Positions 8,559-17,710 of a stretch of DNA of 32,000 nucleotides are shown piece after piece (within the stretch, counting starts at the first letter, position 1; each line of letters opens with the position of its first letter). The DNA is from Archaeoglobus fulgidus DSM 4304. Lineage in GTDB: Archaea; Halobacteriota; Archaeoglobi; Archaeoglobales; Archaeoglobaceae. The notes below the pieces were generated by a model. The model was not told the origin of the DNA. It saw only the letters and a list, made by a program, of their open reading frames with translations, and searched no databases. Made by a program: the position numbers and the translations under genes. The stretch covers positions 510,001-542,000 of the forward strand of contig NC_000917.1 in assembly GCF_000008665.1 (NCBI RefSeq), read 5' to 3'.

Positions 8559-8825
8559 ATGGGTAGCGTAATGATGAAGATTAGAGTGATGCCCAGCGAC
8601 GTTGATGTTGACCTCAACGAGGTTCTGGAGAAAATCAAGAACATCCAGATGGAAGGTGTGGAAATCAGAGATTCGGCAATTCAGCCCATTGCTTTTGGCC
8701 TGAAAGCTATCGTTCTCATGGCAGTTATGCCCGACATGGAGGGCATTGGCGACAGGTACATCGAGGAGATTGGCAAGATTGAGGGAGTGGAGAGCGTCGA
8801 GATAGAGGACATGGAGCTTCTATGA
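8559..8825 (+). CDS. ef1b: translation elongation factor aEF-1 beta
   Basis: 88 aa. MKIRVMPSDVDVDL...IQPIAFGLKAIVL...VESVEIEDMELL is the typical length and pattern. GGAGGTGG lies upstream. Confidence 0.92.
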   Translation: MGSVMMKIRVMPSDVDVDLNEVLEKIKNIQMEGVEIRDSAIQPIAFGLKAIVLMAVMPDMEGIGDRYIEEIGKIEGVESVEIEDMELL

Positions 8826-9451
8826 AGCCTGTAAGAATCGTTGCTCCCCCTCTTGCTGCAAACTGCTATCTACTGCTTGACGAGAAGAAGGCTTTGATAG
8901 ACGTTGGTGGGGACATCCAGTTTATCCTTAACGCCCTCAAAAGGTACATTGACCCGAGAGAGCTGGACTACATCATTTTAACCCACTCTCACTACGACCA
9001 CGCTGCTGCAGCTGGACACTTCAAGGGGATAGCTAAGATTGCAATCCACAAGGATGAGTACTCGCTGCTGAAGGCTCAGGGCTTCACATCCTTCATGTTC
9101 GGAGTTAGCTTCAAGAAATTTGAGCCAGACATAATGCTGGAGGGGGGAGAGGTAATAGAGCTCGGAGAGCTTTCTTTGGAGGTTATACACACTCCCGGCC
9201 ATTCTCCCGGCAGCATTTGTTTATACGAGCCGGAAAGGAAGTGGCTTTTCAGCGGTGACACGGTTTTCGCCCACGGAAGCTTTGGCAGAGTTGATTTGCC
9301 CGGAGGGAGTGCGAGGGAGCTTATAAATTCCCTTGAGAAGCTTTCTAAACTGGACGTGGAGAACCTCTATCCGGGCCACGAGGACATAATTGAGGGGAAC
9401 GCTGCAAGACACATAGCCAATTCCCTTAGAATTGCAAAAATGTTCCTGTGA
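8822..9451 (+). CDS. metallo-beta-lactamase-fold hydrolase
   Basis: HSHYDH (HxHxDH) motif, later HTPGHSPGS and D..F.H. ATGA overlap with the ef1b stop. Confidence 0.85.
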   Translation: MKPVRIVAPPLAANCYLLLDEKKALIDVGGDIQFILNALKRYIDPRELDYIILTHSHYDHAAAAGHFKGIAKIAIHKDEYSLLKAQGFTSFMFGVSFKKFEPDIMLEGGEVIELGELSLEVIHTPGHSPGSICLYEPERKWLFSGDTVFAHGSFGRVDLPGGSARELINSLEKLSKLDVENLYPGHEDIIEGNAARHIANSLRIAKMFL

Positions 9452-9708
9452 TGCGGCACGTTTTTGGAATGAGTGCTGAGGAGGCCAAGTTCGAGCTGAG
9501 GAGAGTTCTTGAAAGGCTGGGATTTCAGGTGAAGGAGATGGATTCGGAAATTCTGGCAGAGAAGGGCAGCAAGGCAGTGAGGATATCCCTAAAAGAGCTT
9601 GGGAGAAGCGAACTCAACATACCTCAAACAGAGGTCGTTTTTGAGTGTGAGGAGGAGATATACAGGAGCATTCTGGAAAGGCTGAGACTCTCCAGAATGG
9701 GGGGTTAA
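9448..9708 (+). CDS. hypothetical 86-aa protein, translationally coupled on both sides
   Basis: GTG 9448 or ATG 9451 overlaps the MBL stop. Its stop (9706-9708) overlaps the radical SAM ATG (TAATG). I recognise no family. The C-terminus is ...RLRLSRMGG. Confidence 0.5.
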   Translation: MMRHVFGMSAEEAKFELRRVLERLGFQVKEMDSEILAEKGSKAVRISLKELGRSELNIPQTEVVFECEEEIYRSILERLRLSRMGG

Positions 9709-10739
9709 TGGCGGGAAAGCTGTTCATCGTAATTCTGACTCCAGTCTGCAACGGCAACTGTCTTTACTGCGGGGGGTACGATGAAGGGCTGATGCCCCCC
9801 AAGATACAGTATCCCCTTGAATCCCTCAAAAAAATAGCCGACGGAAACTCCGTAGCCTTCTACGGTGGAGAGCCTCTCCTTGAAATGGAAAAGATGAAAG
9901 AAATCATGGACTCAGTCAAAGCGGAGCATTTCATTCTTCAGACAAATGGCCTAAAGCTAAACAGGCTTGAGGATGAGTACATTAGGAGGTTCTCGACGAT
10001 TCTCGTGTCTTTTGATGGGAGAAGGGAGGTTCACGACCTTTACAGGGGAAACTACGAGAGAGTGCTTGAAAACGTTCTCAACGTCAGGAGGAAAGGTTTT
10101 GAGGGCGAGCTTATCGCCAGAATGGTCGCAAGTCAGGAGACTGACATTTACGAGGATGTGATGCACATCCTCAACCTCGACTGCTTCACCCACGTTCACT
10201 GGCAGATTGATGCAGTCTGGAGCAGCGACGGAGTCTGGAGGGATTTCGAGAGGTGGGTTGAGAGGTACAACGCTGGAGTCAGGAAGCTCGTAAAGTTCTG
10301 GGCTTCCGAGCTGAGAAAGGGGGTTTTGCACGGCTTAGTTCCTTTTATGGGGGTTGCAACGGCAATCTTTAAACCATTCACCCACCCTCCCTGCTCCTCA
10401 GGTTTCGAATCCTTTGCAATAGCCACCGACGGCAGAATTCTCGCCTGCCCCATCTGCCCAGACCTTGACTGGAACGAGGTTGGGAGCCTTGATGAAGGAA
10501 TAAAAAGGAGGCTCGAAATACTTGAGCCCTGCCTGTCATGCAGCTACTTCAGGTTTTGCGGTGGGAGGTGCGTTTTCTTTAACCGCGAAAGGCTATGGGG
10601 GGACAGAGGGTTCAGGCTTGTTTGCTCAACGGTGAAAAACCTCGTTGATTCAATTCTCGCCTGTAAGCACTTAATTTTGGCCAACAAAGAAAAAATAATG
10701 TATCCGAGATTTCTCAACACCACCGAAATCATTCCGTAG
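9708..10739 (+). CDS. radical SAM enzyme with C-terminal SPASM-type Cys-rich domain
   Basis: CNGNCLYC (CX3CX2C, aa 14-21, nt 9747-9770). GGEPLL. C-terminal clusters CPICPD and CLSCSYFRFCGGRC. Confidence 0.88.
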   Translation: MAGKLFIVILTPVCNGNCLYCGGYDEGLMPPKIQYPLESLKKIADGNSVAFYGGEPLLEMEKMKEIMDSVKAEHFILQTNGLKLNRLEDEYIRRFSTILVSFDGRREVHDLYRGNYERVLENVLNVRRKGFEGELIARMVASQETDIYEDVMHILNLDCFTHVHWQIDAVWSSDGVWRDFERWVERYNAGVRKLVKFWASELRKGVLHGLVPFMGVATAIFKPFTHPPCSSGFESFAIATDGRILACPICPDLDWNEVGSLDEGIKRRLEILEPCLSCSYFRFCGGRCVFFNRERLWGDRGFRLVCSTVKNLVDSILACKHLILANKEKIMYPRFLNTTEIIP

Positions 10740-11883
10740 AGTCGATTGCGTAAACGAAGTTCTTTACAAGCTGCGAGGCCTTCATTATTGGCTCTTCTCT
10801 CAGATTCTCGGGAATGTCCTGCTTCGTGTGCCAGTAGTAGGGAGCGTCATCCTTTGCGGAATGGCCGAATATTGATACTGCATGCAGCCCCTTTCTTGAG
10901 AAGTTGGCAGCGTCGCTTCCAGCAAAGGGGAGTGGAGCTACTCTAACGTCAAAATCTATTTTTTCAGCAGCCTTCTTTGCGTATTCAACAGCCAGGGGAG
11001 AGTGCTTGGCGAAGTACATCTTCTCCTCGGTTGCTATAAGGAAGTAGTCGGCAGAGGGACACTCAAGGGCGAGCATTATTGCGTTTCTGCTCTTCAGCTC
11101 GTCGTAATGCCTCTGAACGAATCTCTTCGACCCCCTCATGTGCTCCTCTCCCGCGAAGGCAACAACCCAAACTTCCGTTTTCTCAGGCCTTTCCCTGCTG
11201 AGCTGCCTTCCAGCCTCAAGAACAGCAGCAATGGCAGCGAGGTCGTCGTTTGCTCCAAGAGTAACGTAGCTGGAACGGAGAGTGAAGGCGATTAAGAGCA
11301 GAAGGGCGCTGCCTATAAGCATCAAAGGTTTCTGGATAAAAGCAAGGGAGATGTTTGCCGCACCCTCAGCAAAGGAGAGGAACATTGTGAGCAGAGTGAT
11401 TGCTATTGCAGGGCCAATAATCAGAAAGGATTTTTTCTTCAACCTTCCGAGCAGGGGAAACTCGTAGGGGGAGTCGTAGTGGGCTGAAATTATTGCCAGC
11501 TTCTCCGCTCTGCTCTTCGGCTTAATTTTTCCCACAACGTGAAACTCCTCCACTTCAGGGAAGACAAAGTCGATTATCTCGTAGTGGAGGCACTGCTGGA
11601 AGAGGAAGATGAAAAAGGCTGCGAGCATCAAAATTCCCGCCAGAACAGGCTGTCCGATAAGGTAAAGCAGCACTCCAGCTAGGTAGAATCCAGCGGTGAA
11701 CCAGATGTAGTCGAGAAAGCCTCTTGGATGGCTCCTGAAATGCTCCTTTTCAACCTCATCGCAGAACTGGAGCATTTCTTCGTAAATAATATCTCCACAC
11801 TTCCTCTCGCCCTCGCTGCCCGCAAGCCTCGGCCCGCACTCTCTGCAGAGTTTTTGGATGAATTCAATGGGGGAGTTTTGCAT
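10729..11883 (-). CDS. M28-family metallopeptidase-like membrane protein
   Basis: 384 aa. GSEGERK, ISAHYDS, ANDDLAAIAAVLE, FAGEEHMRGSKRF, with several hydrophobic segments inserted. Confidence 0.75.
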   Translation of the reverse strand: MQNSPIEFIQKLCRECGPRLAGSEGERKCGDIIYEEMLQFCDEVEKEHFRSHPRGFLDYIWFTAGFYLAGVLLYLIGQPVLAGILMLAAFFIFLFQQCLHYEIIDFVFPEVEEFHVVGKIKPKSRAEKLAIISAHYDSPYEFPLLGRLKKKSFLIIGPAIAITLLTMFLSFAEGAANISLAFIQKPLMLIGSALLLLIAFTLRSSYVTLGANDDLAAIAAVLEAGRQLSRERPEKTEVWVVAFAGEEHMRGSKRFVQRHYDELKSRNAIMLALECPSADYFLIATEEKMYFAKHSPLAVEYAKKAAEKIDFDVRVAPLPFAGSDAANFSRKGLHAVSIFGHSAKDDAPYYWHTKQDIPENLREEPIMKASQLVKNFVYAIDSTE

Positions 11884-12021
11884 GTTCGAAATGGTTTACA
11901 AATTATTAATTTTTGTTGTTTTGGACTGCTGAACCTTTTTTTCGAAAGGTGTTATAGATGTTTATAGCAACTTTCATTTTTGAAACATAACTTTTTTACT
12001 GCAATGGAGTAAAAACTCTCG

Positions 12022-12945
12022 ATGGAAGTGACCACATCTGACCTCTCAAAGCTGAAGGTTCTTCTCGATGCCTTTCCATATTACGTGCTGATAGTAGATG
12101 AGGACCATAGAATTATATTGGCAAACGGGGCATTTGAAGAAGTGGTTCCAGATGCTGTGGGGAAATACTGCCCTCAGGCTGTCCATGGAAGTAACGAACC
12201 TATCCCCGAATGCCCCCTTGAAGAAGCCGTTCTGATGAACAAGAATGTGGCCGAGAGGGAGGTATATGACCCCAGTGGAAAATGGTTCATTTCAGCAGTT
12301 TACAGGACAGGATTAACTTTAAAAGGAAAAAGGCTTTTCATCCACACTTTGCACGATATAACCGAAAAGAAGCTCTACGAGCAGAAGCTCAAAAAACTAA
12401 ACAGGCTACTTGAGGAAGTTTTAATTCTGACAGAAGGTATTTCCGAGGAGAAGGATATCAACACAATTGCAAAAGAAGTCGCAGAAACCTTATCAAGAAT
12501 CTATGGGGGTTCAAAAGTTTTATTGGAAATAAATGGGGAAAAGCGGGAGGTAAAAAAAGGAGAACTCCGTGAAAACATAACCTTAATCGACCATAGAAAC
12601 CATGGAAGCGTTGCCCTCGAACTGAATGGAAATCTCAGCGAGGAAGAAGTGCAAATTATCCATACCTTCGCCTGCACGCTCAGCACTATAATTGAAAAGA
12701 TGAGGCTGGAAGAGGAAAGAAGAGCTTTGATGGAAAAAACTCGGGACAACGTTTACCAGATGGCTGTTCTGGTTGACCACATCAGGAATCCGCTTACAGC
12801 CATAGCTCTTGAGGCTGAAAGGCTTGGCAGCAATAAAATCCTCGAAAATGTCGAAAGAATTAACAATGTTGTCAAAAAGCTTGAGGATGGCTGGATTGAA
12901 TCCGAGAAGATCTGGAACATGCTTAAGAAAAGCTGGGAGCGCTAA
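12022..12945 (+). CDS. PAS-domain sensor protein with HisKA/DHp-like H-box but no HATPase_c domain
   Basis: PAS-like LLDAFPYYVLIVDEDHRIILANGAFEEV. H-box-like LVDHIRNPLTAIALEAERL near the C-terminus. The ORF ends ~55 aa later. Confidence 0.7.
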   Translation: MEVTTSDLSKLKVLLDAFPYYVLIVDEDHRIILANGAFEEVVPDAVGKYCPQAVHGSNEPIPECPLEEAVLMNKNVAEREVYDPSGKWFISAVYRTGLTLKGKRLFIHTLHDITEKKLYEQKLKKLNRLLEEVLILTEGISEEKDINTIAKEVAETLSRIYGGSKVLLEINGEKREVKKGELRENITLIDHRNHGSVALELNGNLSEEEVQIIHTFACTLSTIIEKMRLEEERRALMEKTRDNVYQMAVLVDHIRNPLTAIALEAERLGSNKILENVERINNVVKKLEDGWIESEKIWNMLKKSWER

Positions 12946-12974
12946 AGTTATCAACTTCTTTATGAATTAACATC

Positions 12975-13748
12975 ATGCTCAAAATCGCCACCTTCAACGT
13001 AAACTCCATCAGGAGCAGACTGCACATCGTGATTCCGTGGCTGAAGGAGAACAAGCCTGACATTCTATGCATGCAGGAGACGAAGGTTGAGAACAGGAAG
13101 TTTCCTGAGGCCGATTTTCACCGCATCGGCTACCACGTCGTCTTCAGCGGGAGCAAGGGAAGGAATGGAGTGGCCATAGCTTCCCTCGAAGAGCCTGAGG
13201 ATGTCAGCTTCGGTCTCGATTCAGAGCCGAAGGACGAGGACAGGCTGATAAGGGCAAAGATAGCTGGCATAGACGTGATTAACACCTACGTTCCTCAGGG
13301 ATTCAAAATTGACAGCGAGAAGTACCAGTACAAGCTCCAGTGGCTTGAGAGGCTTTACCATTACCTTCAAAAAACCGTTGACTTCAGAAGCTTTGCTGTT
13401 TGGTGTGGAGACATGAACGTTGCTCCTGAGCCAATCGACGTTCACTCCCCAGACAAGCTGAAGAACCACGTCTGCTTCCACGAGGATGCGAGAAGGGCAT
13501 ACAAAAAAATACTCGAACTCGGCTTTGTTGACGTGCTGAGAAAAATACATCCCAACGAGAGAATTTACACCTTCTACGACTACAGGGTTAAGGGAGCCAT
13601 TGAGCGGGGGCTGGGATGGAGGGTTGATGCCATCCTCGCCACCCCACCCCTCGCCGAAAGATGCGTGGACTGCTACGCAGACATCAAACCGAGGCTGGCA
13701 GAAAAGCCATCCGACCACCTCCCTCTCGTTGCTGTGTTTGACGTGTAG
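12975..13748 (+). CDS. xth: exodeoxyribonuclease III / AP endonuclease (Xth family)
   Basis: 257 aa. MLKIATFNVNSIRSRL...LCMQETK...GDMNVAP...SDHLPLV. Confidence 0.95.
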   Translation: MLKIATFNVNSIRSRLHIVIPWLKENKPDILCMQETKVENRKFPEADFHRIGYHVVFSGSKGRNGVAIASLEEPEDVSFGLDSEPKDEDRLIRAKIAGIDVINTYVPQGFKIDSEKYQYKLQWLERLYHYLQKTVDFRSFAVWCGDMNVAPEPIDVHSPDKLKNHVCFHEDARRAYKKILELGFVDVLRKIHPNERIYTFYDYRVKGAIERGLGWRVDAILATPPLAERCVDCYADIKPRLAEKPSDHLPLVAVFDV

Positions 13749-13785
13749 GGAAAAGCAAATATTTCATGCTCAAAGCCTTACCACA

Positions 13786-15372
13786 ATGAAAATCAGCATT
13801 GTTCTCCCAGCGTACAACGAGGCAAAAAGGCTCAGAGGTGCTGTTGAAGAGGTTATCAAAGCAGCCGAAAAAACGGGATACGATTTCGAGATTATCATCG
13901 CAGAGGATGGCTCTAAGGATGGAACAGACAGAATCGCAGCGGAGCTTGCTGCCAGCAATCCCAGAATAAAGCATCTCCACTCGGACGAGAGGCTGGGGAG
14001 AGGAAGGGCTTTGATGAACGCCTTTTCAAAGGCGAGCGGAGACGTTGTCGTTTACATGGACGTTGACCTCGCCACCGACCTCTCCCACCTGAAGGAGCTT
14101 GTTGATGCCATAATTGTTGAAGGCTATGACTTCTCTACTGGCTCAAGGCTGATGAAGGAAAGCCAGACGGACAGGCCTGCAAAGAGGGAGATTGCGTCGA
14201 GGGGCTACAACTTCCTCGTTCGCCTTTTCCTCGGCTCAAAACTCCACGACCACCAGTGCGGGTTTAAGGCCTTCAGGCGGGATTTAATTCTGGATCTAGG
14301 TAAAGAGGTGAAGGACAACCACTGGTTCTGGGACACGGAGGTATTAGTTCTGGCTCAGAAGAGGGGCTACAGAGTCAAGGAGATTCCGGTAAGGTGGAAG
14401 CACGGGGGAGAGACGAAGGTTGCCTTCGGAAAGGACATCCTTTACATGTTTTCCCAGATTCTCAGGATGTGGATGGATGAGAAGAAAAGGAGCAGGAAAT
14501 ACCTGATCATCTCAACTCTAATTGCTCTCGCCATTCTCGGAGTAATTGCAGTTAAAGCTGGTATTGAGAACGTCTACGAAAGTCTGATCTCAATCAACCC
14601 CTTTTTTCTCCTAACCTCAGCTCTGCTCTACTCCCTCTCATATATCCTGAGAGGCCTCAGATTCGACTACATCATGAGAAGTTTGGGGAGGGAGAGGGGT
14701 TTGCTGTTCTCGACCGCTGCGGTAAGCATCAGCCAGACCGTTAACGTGATAACCCCCATCAGATTAGGTGACTTGGCGAGAGCCTACGTTTTCAGGAGGA
14801 GGGAAGTTCCGTATTCAGAGTCGATTGGGGGGATTGCTGCCGAGAGGGTCTATGATTTGATTTCAGTCGCTTTGATAGCTGCGGTTTCGGCATTACTTCT
14901 CGGAGCAGGGCTGAAGGAGCCCGTTTACGCCTTTATTTTTGCCGGTATGATTTTTGCCGGCATCCTCCTCCTTTCAAGGATGGAGAACGTAGTTGGGAAG
15001 GTGTTCAAAAACGCCATGAAGGTGATGGGGATTAAGCAGAGCATTGTTTTGACTTTCCTCTCACTTCTGCTCTGGCTTTCCGACATAACAGTTTGCTACC
15101 TGATTGCTCTGAGCTTCGGAGATGTGAGCTTCATACTGATCGCTCTGGCGGTGGCAGTCGGAAACATAGTCAAAGCTTTGCCAATCACTCCAGGAGGTGT
15201 GGGGACGTATGAGGCTGCGGTTACGGCAGTTCTTCTTTCACAGTTCTCCGCTGGAACAGCGTTCACGATTGCTCTGGTTGACCACGCGGTCAAAAACGTG
15301 ACAACGGTGCTTCTCGGCCTGCTATCACTCGCATCTCTCAATCTGAGCTTGAAAGAGGTGGAGCAGGGTTAA
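13786..15372 (+). CDS. family 2 glycosyltransferase (dolichyl-phosphate hexose synthase-like) fused to a UPF0104 / LPG-synthase-TM 'flippase-like' membrane domain
   Basis: MKISIVLPAYNEA, EDGSKDGT, YMDVDLATD (DxD), then ~8 TM segments with RLGDLARAYV and LPITPGGVGTYEAAV. Start chosen at ATG 13786. The 13600 start in the ORF track overlaps xth. Confidence 0.85.
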   Translation: MKISIVLPAYNEAKRLRGAVEEVIKAAEKTGYDFEIIIAEDGSKDGTDRIAAELAASNPRIKHLHSDERLGRGRALMNAFSKASGDVVVYMDVDLATDLSHLKELVDAIIVEGYDFSTGSRLMKESQTDRPAKREIASRGYNFLVRLFLGSKLHDHQCGFKAFRRDLILDLGKEVKDNHWFWDTEVLVLAQKRGYRVKEIPVRWKHGGETKVAFGKDILYMFSQILRMWMDEKKRSRKYLIISTLIALAILGVIAVKAGIENVYESLISINPFFLLTSALLYSLSYILRGLRFDYIMRSLGRERGLLFSTAAVSISQTVNVITPIRLGDLARAYVFRRREVPYSESIGGIAAERVYDLISVALIAAVSALLLGAGLKEPVYAFIFAGMIFAGILLLSRMENVVGKVFKNAMKVMGIKQSIVLTFLSLLLWLSDITVCYLIALSFGDVSFILIALAVAVGNIVKALPITPGGVGTYEAAVTAVLLSQFSAGTAFTIALVDHAVKNVTTVLLGLLSLASLNLSLKEVEQG

Positions 15373-15373
15373 T

Positions 15374-16696
15374 ATGTACACCCTAATTTACGCAGTTTGT
15401 TTCTACACCTCTTCTCTTCTCCTCACAACACCTTTTCTCAGGCACTTTCAATACCACGAGGCTCGCTTCCTCTCCCTCCTCACCCTCTCGGCAATCTCAT
15501 TCCTCGCGGGATTCCTCATTCCGTTCAAAATTTCCTTCTACCTTGCATTTCTGGCCTTCATGGCCCTCTCCTTGTATGTGATCTACAGAAGCGACGTAAA
15601 GGTGGAGAACTCCGAAATGGTATTTGCAGCAGTCTTCGCCTTTTTCATCTTTCTGCGATTCCTTGACCCTGACATCCTCGATGCGGAGAAGTTCATGGAC
15701 TCCGCTTTCATGAACGCTGTTTTGAGGGCTAACAGTTTCCCTCCCAACGATCCCTTCCTTTCAGGATACAAGCTCGACTTCTACTACTACTTCGGCCACC
15801 TGATTGGAGCGTGCATAACTCTCCTATCCTTCGCACCTCCGGAAGTTGGGTACAACGTAGCCATTGCAGCCTTGCCTGCCTACACCTCTCTGATAATTTA
15901 CGGAATGCTGAGGAACAGAGGTTTCAAAACAGCACTCTTCGGAGTGTTCCTGACAGTTTTCTCGGGAAACCTCTACTCTTTCGTTGACTTCTTCAACCGC
16001 CTTTTTTCAGGTCTGCCAGTTGACGGCGGATACTACTGGAACTGCACGAGGGTGATAGATAACACGATTAACGAGTTTCCGTACTTCAGCTTCATCCACG
16101 CCGATTTGCACGCTCACGTCGTGGCAATCCCAATAATCGCGCTCGTCTTTGCCCTTATGGCTCGCGAAGAGGAGAGCAGATTTTCCTATGCAGCGCTTAT
16201 ACTCTCCCTCTTCACCCTATTCGCAACAAACTCATGGCACTACCCGCTGGCATTTCTCGCCGCCCTTCTGGCTGGAATTGCCCGCCGTGACAGGTGGCTC
16301 ATCTCTTCAGCATTTTTATCTGCAGTGCCCGCATCTCTCCTCTTCCTGCACATGAACACTCCCGCTGCAGAGTTTTCGGTAATAGACGAGAGAAGTGACG
16401 TCTTGCAGTTCGTACTGTACGCCTTCACACCGATTGCTGCCTCATACGTCTTCACAGGTAGAAAGCACGTGCTCTACTTCCTCCCTCTCTCCGTTCCCCT
16501 GTACTTCCTTTCTCCAGTTCTCGCTCTACTTGCTCCACTAATAGCAGCATCCGCCATCGGAATCTATAAAAAAGACTTCTATTCCGCCATACTGCTCTCA
16601 GGCCTGCTGGCCTTCACGCTTCCCGAATTCGTTGCCGTGGAGTCGAGAATGAACACCGTTTTCAAGTTCTACATCTACGCCTGGCTGCGGTTATGA
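15374..16696 (+). CDS. DUF2298 ('Chlor_Arch_YYY') polytopic membrane protein, N-terminal part
   Basis: PPNDPFLSGYKLDFYYYFGH motif and many TM segments. It ends at a TGA that overlaps the next ATG (ATGA, 16693-16696). Confidence 0.75.
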   Translation: MYTLIYAVCFYTSSLLLTTPFLRHFQYHEARFLSLLTLSAISFLAGFLIPFKISFYLAFLAFMALSLYVIYRSDVKVENSEMVFAAVFAFFIFLRFLDPDILDAEKFMDSAFMNAVLRANSFPPNDPFLSGYKLDFYYYFGHLIGACITLLSFAPPEVGYNVAIAALPAYTSLIIYGMLRNRGFKTALFGVFLTVFSGNLYSFVDFFNRLFSGLPVDGGYYWNCTRVIDNTINEFPYFSFIHADLHAHVVAIPIIALVFALMAREEESRFSYAALILSLFTLFATNSWHYPLAFLAALLAGIARRDRWLISSAFLSAVPASLLFLHMNTPAAEFSVIDERSDVLQFVLYAFTPIAASYVFTGRKHVLYFLPLSVPLYFLSPVLALLAPLIAASAIGIYKKDFYSAILLSGLLAFTLPEFVAVESRMNTVFKFYIYAWLRL

Positions 16697-17250
16697 TTTC
16701 TGCAGCAGCCAACATTGAGTGGAGCAAGTGGAAAAAACTCGCGTTCATCGCTCTGCTCATCATCGGCATTGTTTATCCCCTTGTCGCAACACCTGTCAGA
16801 TACGGCAGAGCAGATATGACGCTGGATGGGATGAGCTTCATGAAGGCGTACGATGGGGACTACTACGCGGTGAAGTGGCTTCAGAGCAGGGATGGGGTGG
16901 TCATGGAGGAGGGATGCACTCAGGGTGCGCTCTGCGCCTACCACTATGGAGGAAGGGTTGCAGCCTTCACCGGCAATCCAGCAGTGATCGCCTGGACCAA
17001 CCACGAGTACGTGTGGAGGAGAAACTACTCTCTCGTTGCGGAGAGGGCGAAGGACGTGAGAGAGTTCTACTCCACCGATAGCTGCGAAAAAATGAGAGAG
17101 ATTGCTGGAAAGTACGGTGTAAAATACATTTTCTTCGGCTACGAGGAGAAGAGGCTGTTCTCACCAGACGTCAGAAAATTTGAAAGGTGCTTCGAAAAGG
17201 TTTTCGAAAAAGACGGTACTTACATATTTGCAACAAAAAATTTATCTTAG
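16693..17250 (+). CDS. DUF2298 C-terminal (extracytoplasmic) part, either a separate ORF or frameshifted from the preceding ORF
   Basis: LDGMSFMK...AVKWLQ...FTGNPAVIAWTNHEYVWRR...VREFY...YIFFGYEEKRLF resembles the C-terminal region of full-length DUF2298 proteins. Confidence 0.7.
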   Translation: MISAAANIEWSKWKKLAFIALLIIGIVYPLVATPVRYGRADMTLDGMSFMKAYDGDYYAVKWLQSRDGVVMEEGCTQGALCAYHYGGRVAAFTGNPAVIAWTNHEYVWRRNYSLVAERAKDVREFYSTDSCEKMREIAGKYGVKYIFFGYEEKRLFSPDVRKFERCFEKVFEKDGTYIFATKNLS

Positions 17251-17268
17251 GACAAAAACATTTTCATT

Positions 17269-17706
17269 ATGGATGAAAAAGATATGCTAATACTCTCCGA
17301 GCTTGTTAAAGACTCGAGAAAAACCCTGTCCGAGCTTGCCGAAATGCTCGACATGTCCGTATCGAGCATTCACAAGAGAGTTAAAAAGCTCGAGAAGGAG
17401 GGAGTTATTGAGCGCTACACTGCTGTAATAAACCCGGATGTTTTCGATACGGTGACGGCCTTTCTGCTCATAAGCGCAGAAAACCCGGAAAAGGTATTTA
17501 ATAATATAAAAGCAATGGATAACGTGGTTGAAGTTTACAAAGCCCTGGGCAACTTCAACATGATTGCCAAAGTGAGGTCGAGCGACCTTGATAAGATTGG
17601 TGAAATAACGTCGAAAATATCCGCGATGGAGGGGGTTATGATGGTGGAGTGCATCGTCACGACGAAGAGGTTGAAGGAGGAAATATGGTTTCCGGAGATG
17701 GGGTGA
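17269..17706 (+). CDS. Lrp/AsnC-family transcriptional regulator
   Basis: 145 aa. HTH LSELAEMLDMSVSSIHKRVKKLEKEGVI followed by an RAM/AsnC_trans_reg-like C-terminus. Confidence 0.9.
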   Translation: MDEKDMLILSELVKDSRKTLSELAEMLDMSVSSIHKRVKKLEKEGVIERYTAVINPDVFDTVTAFLLISAENPEKVFNNIKAMDNVVEVYKALGNFNMIAKVRSSDLDKIGEITSKISAMEGVMMVECIVTTKRLKEEIWFPEMG

Positions 17707-17710
17707 TGAG

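Noticed and set aside
13600-13785. 5' extension of the GT2 ORF that overlaps the last 150 nt of xth.
   Set aside because: The extension (MSGGWDGGLMPSSPPHPSPKD...) has no GT2-like content. The canonical N-terminus MKISIVLPAYNE starts at ATG 13786, after the xth stop.
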